DNA from: Limisphaerales bacterium
GTDB lineage: Bacteria; Verrucomicrobiota; Verrucomicrobiia; Limisphaerales; JADJPG01
Direction: 5' to 3'
NCBI GenBank assembly: GCA_044229355.1
Contig: JBGATF010000005.1
Location: 309,161-373,160, forward strand
DNA length: 64,000 bases
Position 1 is the stretch's first letter. The number at the start of each line of letters is the position of its first letter. The translations under genes and the position numbers were made by a program. The notes under the pieces are model-generated. The model had not been told where the DNA came from, ran no database searches, and saw only the letters and a program-made list of their open reading frames with translations. Below, one piece after another: positions 57,620 through 64,000 of the stretch.

Positions 57620-60379
57620 ATGCAAGCACCCAAATGTTGCCTGATGGTCGGGTTGTCCGTCGCCTGCGCCGGCCTCGCTCCCGCCGTCACGGCCGCCAAT
57701 GCCATCCCCGCGTTGTCCATCGAAATCCCCTACCACCGTTACACGCTGAGCAACGGGCTCACGCTCATCGTGCATGAGGACCACAAGGCGCCCATCGTCG
57801 CCGTCAACGTCTGGTACCACGTCGGCTCCAAAAATGAAAAGCCGGGCAAAACCGGCTTCGCCCACCTGTTCGAGCACCTGATGTTCAACGGGAGCGAGAA
57901 TTTCGACGACGACTTCTTCAAGGCCACGGAGAAGGTCGGCGCCACCGACATGAACGGGACGACCAGCGAGGACCGGACCAATTACTTCGAGAACGCCCCG
58001 AAGGATGCGCTCGATCTCTTGCTCTGGCTGGAGAGCGATCGCATGGGGCATCTGCTCGGCGCGGTGACCCAGGCCAAGCTCGATGAGCAGCGCGGCGTGG
58101 TGCAAAATGAAAAGCGCCAGGGCGAAAATCAGCCCTACGCCCTCGCCCGAGAGCTCATCCAGAAAAACACCTGGCCGGTCGGCCATCCGTATTCATGGAC
58201 GGTCATCGGCTCGATGGAGGATCTCAACGCCGCTTCCCTGGGCGACGTGAAGGATTGGTTCAAGACTTACTACGGCGCGGCCAACGCCACCCTGACCATC
58301 GCCGGCGATGTCCAGGCCGAGGATGTGCTGGCCAAGGTCCAAAAGTATTTCGGCTGGATCCCGAGCGGACCGCCCATCGCCAAACACGTGGCCTGGATCG
58401 CCAAACGCACCGGCACCCACCGTCAGCAGGCCCAGGACCGCGTCCCGCAGGCCCGCCTCTACAAAGTCTGGAACATCCCGCCCTACGGAACCCGCGCCGG
58501 CACCCTGCTCAACCTCGCCAGCGACGTCCTCGCCCAAGGCAAGTCCTCCCGCTTCTACAAACGCCTCGTCTACGAAGACCAAATCGCCACCGACGCCCGC
58601 GCCTCCGTTGACTTGAGCGAGATCGGCGGCCAGTTCCACATCACGGCGACCGCCCGCGCGGGTGTGCCCCTCGAAAGGATCGAAAAGGCGTTGGATGAAG
58701 AGCTCGCCCGCTTCCTCAAGGACGGGCCAACGACGGACGAGCTGGCGCGGGCCAAGGCGCAATATGAAGCCGGCTTCGTCCGCGGGATCGAGCGGATCGG
58801 CGGCTTCGGCGGCAAGTCCGACATCCTCGCGCAGAATTCGGTCTTCCTGAACCAGCCGGACTATTACAAGACGGAGCTGAAAGAGACGTTGGAGGCGACA
58901 GGCGAAGACGTGGCCGGCGCGGCGCGGGAATGGCTGCGCGACGGCGTCTACATCCTGGAGGTGCATCCGTTTCCCAAATACGCCGAGGGCAGCGCCGACG
59001 TCGATCGCAAGTCCGTGCCGTATCCGGACCTGAAGGCGACGGTGAATTTTCCGGCGCTCGAACGCACGCAGCTGGCCAACGGCTTGAAGATCGTGTTCGC
59101 CCGGCGCGAGGCCGTCCCGACGGTGTCCTTCAACCTGCTTGTCGATGCGGGCTATGCCGCCGATCAATTTGGCATCCCGGGCACGGCCAAGCTGGCCATG
59201 CGCATGTTGGAGGAGGGCACCCGCCGGCGCAGCGCGCTCCGCATCAGCGATGACGCGGCGCGGCTCGGCGCCAACATCAACAGCGCCGCCGATCTCGACA
59301 TGTGCTCGGTCTCGCTCAACGCGCTGACCAGCCGGCTCGACGAATCGCTCGAGCTCTTCGCCGATGTCGCGCTCAACCCGTCCTTTCCCGAGGCGGACTT
59401 CGCCCGGCTGCAAAAGCAGACCCTGGCCGCCATCGCCCGCGAAAAAACCGAGCCCAATGCCATGGCAATGCGCGTCTTTCCCGGACTCTTGTTCGGCCCC
59501 GATCATGCCTACGGCAATCCGCTGACCGGCTCGGGCACCGAGGCCGGCGTCAGCCGGCTGACCACCGCCGACCTGCGCAAGTATTACGAAACCTGGGTCA
59601 AGCCCAACAACGCGACCATGATCGTCGTGGGCAAAACCACCCTCGCGGAAATCGCGCCGAAGCTCGAGCAGCTGTTCCATGGCTGGAAACCCGGCGAAGT
59701 GCCGAAGAAGAACATCGCCACCGTGTCGGCGCCCGCCGCCCGGCCCGGCGTTTATCTCATCGACCGCCCGGGCTCGATCCAATCGCTGATCTTCGCCGGC
59801 GGCATCGCTCCCCCCAAGAACAACCCCGAGGAGATCGCCATCGAGAGCATGAACCATATTCTCGGAGGCGACTTCACCTCCCGCCTGAACATGAACCTGC
59901 GCGAGGACAAACATTGGAGCTACGGCGCGCGCACGTCCGTCGCCAGCACGCGCGCCCAGCGGCCGTTCCTCATGATGGCGCCGGTCCAGACCGACAAGAC
60001 CCGCGAGTCCCTGGCTGAGGTTTTGCGGGAGGCGAAGGGCGTGCTGGGCGATCGGCCCATCACCGAGGCTGAGCTGAAGAAGGCCCAGACCAGCCAGACC
60101 CTGCGCCTGCCCGGCGCGTGGGAAACCGCCGGCGCCATCGCCGGAGCGCTGGGCCAGTTGACCCGGTTCAACCTCCCCGATGATTACTTCACCACCTATC
60201 CCGATCGCGTCCGCGCCCTCACCTTGACGGACCTCGCGTCCGCCGCCAAAACGGTTGTGCATCCGGACAACCTCATCTGGGTCGTCGTCGGTGACCGCTC
60301 CAAGGTGGAAGCCGGCATCCGCGAGCTGAACCTCGGCGAGTTGCACCACCTGGACGTGGACGGGAAGCCGGTGAAGTGA
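57620..60379 (+). CDS. M16 family zinc protease (pitrilysin/PqqL-like, two-lobed)
   Basis: Signal peptide; VWYHVGS.NE..GKTGFAHLFEH (HxxEH), LESDRM, LREDKHWSYG; ATG 57620. Confidence 0.92.
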   Translation: MQAPKCCLMVGLSVACAGLAPAVTAANAIPALSIEIPYHRYTLSNGLTLIVHEDHKAPIVAVNVWYHVGSKNEKPGKTGFAHLFEHLMFNGSENFDDDFFKATEKVGATDMNGTTSEDRTNYFENAPKDALDLLLWLESDRMGHLLGAVTQAKLDEQRGVVQNEKRQGENQPYALARELIQKNTWPVGHPYSWTVIGSMEDLNAASLGDVKDWFKTYYGAANATLTIAGDVQAEDVLAKVQKYFGWIPSGPPIAKHVAWIAKRTGTHRQQAQDRVPQARLYKVWNIPPYGTRAGTLLNLASDVLAQGKSSRFYKRLVYEDQIATDARASVDLSEIGGQFHITATARAGVPLERIEKALDEELARFLKDGPTTDELARAKAQYEAGFVRGIERIGGFGGKSDILAQNSVFLNQPDYYKTELKETLEATGEDVAGAAREWLRDGVYILEVHPFPKYAEGSADVDRKSVPYPDLKATVNFPALERTQLANGLKIVFARREAVPTVSFNLLVDAGYAADQFGIPGTAKLAMRMLEEGTRRRSALRISDDAARLGANINSAADLDMCSVSLNALTSRLDESLELFADVALNPSFPEADFARLQKQTLAAIAREKTEPNAMAMRVFPGLLFGPDHAYGNPLTGSGTEAGVSRLTTADLRKYYETWVKPNNATMIVVGKTTLAEIAPKLEQLFHGWKPGEVPKKNIATVSAPAARPGVYLIDRPGSIQSLIFAGGIAPPKNNPEEIAIESMNHILGGDFTSRLNMNLREDKHWSYGARTSVASTRAQRPFLMMAPVQTDKTRESLAEVLREAKGVLGDRPITEAELKKAQTSQTLRLPGAWETAGAIAGALGQLTRFNLPDDYFTTYPDRVRALTLTDLASAAKTVVHPDNLIWVVVGDRSKVEAGIRELNLGELHHLDVDGKPVK

Positions 60380-60386
60380 CGGCAGC

Positions 60387-60616
60387 GTAGCGCACGCCTC
60401 TGGCGTGCCGGTGAGGCGGCGTCCCCGCCGCCCGGTGAGCGGATAAGGGAAGCGGACTGGATTCGACGACGCCAGGAGGCGTCGTTACTTGCACGCGGGG
60501 ACGCGTGCGCTACGTAGCGCACGCCTCTGGCGTGCAGGTGAGGCGGCATCCCGGCCGCCCCTGGCCACGGGCTGGTCGCGAGACCGAGCAGGCGAAGCAA
60601 ACGTCGCTTCCGCTAC
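60387..60616. repeat. Two tandem GTAG-type REP doublets (REPIN-like)
   Basis: GTAGCGCACGCCTCTGGCGTGC at 60387 and 60514; inverted GCACGCGGGGACGCGTGCGCTAC ending 60513; degenerate ...CGCTAC ending 60616. Confidence 0.85.
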
Positions 60617-63600
60617 GGCCCTGCCCGCTTCAGGCGTTCGATCATCCTCGCGATCCGATCCCGATGCTGCAGCAGCGGCCGCGGGTCCGTCGTGAAATGG
60701 GTCAGATCCCGGGACACATCCGGCGGAACCTCCAACAACGCCTCTGCCTCCCGCAGCAAATCACCGCCACCCGGCCGGGCCTGCGCACGCCCGATCGCCT
60801 GCCGCAGCAGCCAGAAATATTCGTAGTCTTCCATTCCGTCGCGCAGGTTTTCCCACCGGACCGAGTTGACCGGCTCGTCCAGGACCGGCCCTCCGTCCGC
60901 ATCAGCGTCCCCGCCGGCGCCGCGGCGCGGTGGATAAAGGAAGCGACCGTCGCCGTTGCCCCAGTAACCAACGTGCCCCGGCTGAAAGTCGTAGCCGCTC
61001 ACGTAGCTCATCGGATCCGCCCAGGGATCCTGGTGCTGCGGCGTGGGGAAGGCGGCGGGACTGTTCCAGTACACGGTCGCCCAAACCAGGATCCCTTCGA
61101 CGCCATACTGCCACGACTGCCAGGGCCACAACCGCAACTCTGTCCCCGGGTGATCGATGAACTCCGTCACGTAGGGCGCCTTCGGCCCGGTGCAGATATA
61201 CCACCAAACTTCCTCGCCGGCCGCGCGGCGGGCCTGGACTTTTTCCCGCGTCCATTCCGGAGTCAGCCCGCACCAGATGTCGACGTGGCCCAGCAGCGCC
61301 TTCTCGGGCTGCTCCGTCAGCATCCGGCGGACTCCCGGCGCGGCGGCCTTGATGCGCTGCATACCGGCCACGACGAAGGCGTAGTCCTTCGGATCCGGCT
61401 CATCGAACCAATAGGTGAACGCGTGATCGAGCCAACCTCGCTGTCTGAGGTGTTTCTGGACCTGGCTCAGGTAATCCTGAAACAGCCGCGCGTGCTCCGG
61501 CGTTCCTTCCTCAAATCCCTCCAGCCGGCCCAGGTGCCGGCTCTGAAACGTGCCGCCACCCAAGCCGCGCAGCGGCAGTTGAAAGGTGCTGAAGTGATGT
61601 TGATCGAGCCACGTGGAGGCGGCCTGGTCGAATTTCGTGAAGTCGATCTGCGCGTGCCGGTTGGTTCCCGCGCCGACAAAGCGGATGTCGATCGGCGCGT
61701 AGTCGTAAAAGGAATACGGGCTGATCCGATGCTCGGCGAAGTTCTTCAGGTATTTCTCAAACACCCGGCGCTGGTCCTCCGCCCGCGACAGCCGGTGATA
61801 GCGATTGATCTCGGCCGTGCCCAGGCCCAGCGCGCTGCGCAGGTGCGTCTGCTCCGGCATCTCGAAGTCGTAAACCTGCACCACCAGCGGCAGCCGCCTC
61901 TCGCCCAACGTCGTGTCCAGTTTCAGCTCCGCGCCATACTCCCCAGCCTGGATCCCGCGCGGCACCGCGAACGTCAGCCAAAGCGGCTGGTTCTTCCCCG
62001 CGGCCAATGACAATGGATATTTTAAGGGCGGCAACGGATCCGGATAAGAGCCTCGCAAACTGGATTGGTCGGTCGGGCGGGTGACCGGCACGTAGGCCAC
62101 TTCATCGATCTGCACATCAATGGCGGCTGCGGCGCCCTGCCCGTTGCGAAATGGACCGACGGTGGCCCCAAGCAGTCGACCATCGCGCTCCGGCCTCAGG
62201 ATGACTTGCGCTGCCTCAAACTCCCCGCGGGCCGCTGACACCCGCACAGGCCGCGGCCGCCCGTCGGCCGGTCGTTCCGGCATGCCGCGGTCGCGGCCGA
62301 TCTTCCAGCCGCTCTCGCACCACCACAGGCCCAGGCCGGCGCCGGCCATCAGCCACCCACCGGGCCGCGGGTCGCTGAGAAATCCCACCCGCACTTCGGC
62401 CCGGCCCGCAAACAACGCCCGCCCGGTGTCGTCCTCCAGCAGCACATTCACGAAATGAGTGCCGGGCTCTCCGAGCGGGCTGCGAACATTCAGCCGCCCG
62501 TCGGTCGTCAGGGTCAGAGATTCGCGCTCGATGAACGCCGGCGGAGTGTCCGCATCCAGCCAGGCGGAGCCGCGCAGGTTCAACGGCGTTCGCGAATGGT
62601 TGGTGACTAATAACCCAAACTCCCAGCGGCTCTCGGGATCGACCTCGCGCAGGTCCGCACAGCGGACTGCCAGCCGATCGGGCGAGTCGTGCAATAGTTC
62701 GAGGAATTCGGTCGCCCCCTCGGCGTCGGGCGGCGGATCGGCCAGCGTGGCTTCATAGCTGAACGCACTCATCTGCAAGCTGGCTTGCTCACCCCGGGAG
62801 GACAGGCGGAGAAAAATCTCCCGCGCTGGAAACAGCGTCGCGGGCAGGGGCACAGGCCCGCCACGCTGGCCGGCAGCGTGGTTCGTCACCGTTGTCCATG
62901 TCGTGCCGTCGCGGCTGGCCTCCAAGGCCAGTTCGCCCGCGACATGATGAACCGTCGCCATCCGGACTTGGGCGCTCTGTTGCAAGACAGCCCCGACCTG
63001 AAAGCGGTAGATCAACAGCGCGCCCGGCGAGAAAAGCCAGCGATCGGAGTTAAATCCGGCCCGGTTGACCACGAGCGGTCGATGCGCGTTGGCTCCCTTC
63101 CAGCCGAAGTTCGGTTGAAATCGGTAGACGCCTGCCCGCACACTCTCGCCTTCGCCCAGTCGCAACCCTTCGCCCGGCGATGCATGCACCGCTTGCACAG
63201 GCGTCAGGGTCGCCCGCGCGAAGGCAAGGCGCCCATGGGCGTGCCACTGACCCAGCCGAACGAGGTCGTTCGTGACATCGCTCGGGACGGAGAAGATATA
63301 ACTGTTGTCCTGCCATTCCTGGTCCAGGCCGAAGTCGCGGTTCACCCGCGTGGTGCCCGCCACCGCTGCTCCGCCACTGGCGCCATCAACACGGTGCCCG
63401 CGAAACTGCAGCCGATATAATCCCGCCGGTTTGAATCCGAGACGCTCCGACTGCCATGCGCTTTGATCGTCACCGGTCCCGTTTACCTCCAACGCCGCCG
63501 CGTTGCCCGGAGCAGGGGACTGCCAGCGTCCGGATCCGTTCACCAGGCTCCAACCCCGCGGCGTGCCGGCGCCTTCGCCGAATTGCGGGTTTGGCAGAAG

Positions 63601-63669
63601 ATTCTGGGCGGCGAGTGTGAACCCGGTGAGGCCACAGGCGCCAACGAGGGCAACCATCCAGTGAGACAT
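60613..63669 (-). CDS. Secreted DUF4091 / GH123-like glycoside hydrolase domain protein with CBM-like N-domains
   Basis: Signal peptide; NLLPNPQF; AARGEFEAAQ, NQPLW, YWFDEP, WWYIC, GDG..LYP, SVRWENLRDGMEDYEY; start 63669 or 63750. Confidence 0.82.
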   Translation of the reverse strand: MSHWMVALVGACGLTGFTLAAQNLLPNPQFGEGAGTPRGWSLVNGSGRWQSPAPGNAAALEVNGTGDDQSAWQSERLGFKPAGLYRLQFRGHRVDGASGGAAVAGTTRVNRDFGLDQEWQDNSYIFSVPSDVTNDLVRLGQWHAHGRLAFARATLTPVQAVHASPGEGLRLGEGESVRAGVYRFQPNFGWKGANAHRPLVVNRAGFNSDRWLFSPGALLIYRFQVGAVLQQSAQVRMATVHHVAGELALEASRDGTTWTTVTNHAAGQRGGPVPLPATLFPAREIFLRLSSRGEQASLQMSAFSYEATLADPPPDAEGATEFLELLHDSPDRLAVRCADLREVDPESRWEFGLLVTNHSRTPLNLRGSAWLDADTPPAFIERESLTLTTDGRLNVRSPLGEPGTHFVNVLLEDDTGRALFAGRAEVRVGFLSDPRPGGWLMAGAGLGLWWCESGWKIGRDRGMPERPADGRPRPVRVSAARGEFEAAQVILRPERDGRLLGATVGPFRNGQGAAAAIDVQIDEVAYVPVTRPTDQSSLRGSYPDPLPPLKYPLSLAAGKNQPLWLTFAVPRGIQAGEYGAELKLDTTLGERRLPLVVQVYDFEMPEQTHLRSALGLGTAEINRYHRLSRAEDQRRVFEKYLKNFAEHRISPYSFYDYAPIDIRFVGAGTNRHAQIDFTKFDQAASTWLDQHHFSTFQLPLRGLGGGTFQSRHLGRLEGFEEGTPEHARLFQDYLSQVQKHLRQRGWLDHAFTYWFDEPDPKDYAFVVAGMQRIKAAAPGVRRMLTEQPEKALLGHVDIWCGLTPEWTREKVQARRAAGEEVWWYICTGPKAPYVTEFIDHPGTELRLWPWQSWQYGVEGILVWATVYWNSPAAFPTPQHQDPWADPMSYVSGYDFQPGHVGYWGNGDGRFLYPPRRGAGGDADADGGPVLDEPVNSVRWENLRDGMEDYEYFWLLRQAIGRAQARPGGGDLLREAEALLEVPPDVSRDLTHFTTDPRPLLQHRDRIARMIERLKRAGP

Positions 63670-63758
63670 GCCCGAAGGGTTGCTTCGCCAGCGGACGGCG
63701 CCCTTGATGCAGATCAAACGGAGGCAAACGCGGACCCGCCGGGTTTTCACAGCCGTCC

Positions 63759-64000
63759 CTACGGCTTGCCCCGGGTCAGGGCGGTGACCGCATCGAAGAA
63801 CGCCGTGACGTGCCGTTGCGCGTTGGTCCGGCCCGGCTCGTCCACCGCCGCCGAAGCCACGAGCGACTCCAGGGCGGGCCGTTGGCCCACAAAGCGATCC
63901 CGCGCCACGTTGAAGGTCGCCGGGCCCAATTGCTGCTGGATTTGTTCCAGATCGTAGCGGGCCTGCCGGTCCGCGTCGGCCAGTTCCGGATGATAGTCAA
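63759..64000 (-). CDS. 3' end of an unidentified protein that starts beyond the window
   Basis: Manual frame DYHPELADADRQARYDLEQ...FFDAVTALTRGKP* with strong GC3; differs from the 63776 track ORF. Confidence 0.7.
   Translation of the reverse strand, partial: DYHPELADADRQARYDLEQIQQQLGPATFNVARDRFVGQRPALESLVASAAVDEPGRTNAQRHVTAFFDAVTALTRGKP

Noticed and set aside
60387-60616. Possible mini-CRISPR
   Set aside because: Only two direct copies plus inverted partners, irregular spacing, no cas genes; fits REP
63776-64000. 74-aa track ORF at the window end
   Set aside because: Wrong frame; the frame ending at 63759 has better codon usage and composition

Overview
A high-GC bacterial chromosomal segment. 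Gene content and protein style suggest Verrucomicrobiota (Pedosphaerales/Limisphaerales-like); this is an inference. It holds about 40 genes and one tRNA-Lys(CTT). I saw no integrase, transposase, phage genes or CRISPR array. Main blocks: (1) exported proteins, including an M11-like metzincin that the ORF track misses, a HYR-domain protein and a PQQ-like propeller; (2) a three-gene cassette with a signal peptide + FN3 + polymorphic-toxin-like protein followed by a CPCC-type immunity gene; (3) a sialidase-like/MFS/NanA-like operon; (4) three ~2000-aa secreted CotH-kinase/lamin-tail/Ig proteins, two in tandem with a conserved promoter-leader; (5) a KS/CLF-like/KR/ACP mini-cluster; (6) rlmI-like, topB and nagA; (7) an extended RDD/SpoIIM/DUF58/MoxR/DUF4350/DUF4129 operon with B-box-like Zn-finger genes; (8) BSP, HEAT, M16 and DUF4091 proteins. 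Two families of REP/MITE-like repeats lie in intergenic gaps. Best novelty candidates: the Sec-exported FN3-toxin/immunity module, a shared C-terminal R(F/Y)YR(L/V) domain on four unrelated or paralogous secreted proteins, and a Thr-Asn dipeptide bias in exported proteins. All family calls come from motif recognition by eye, not database searches.
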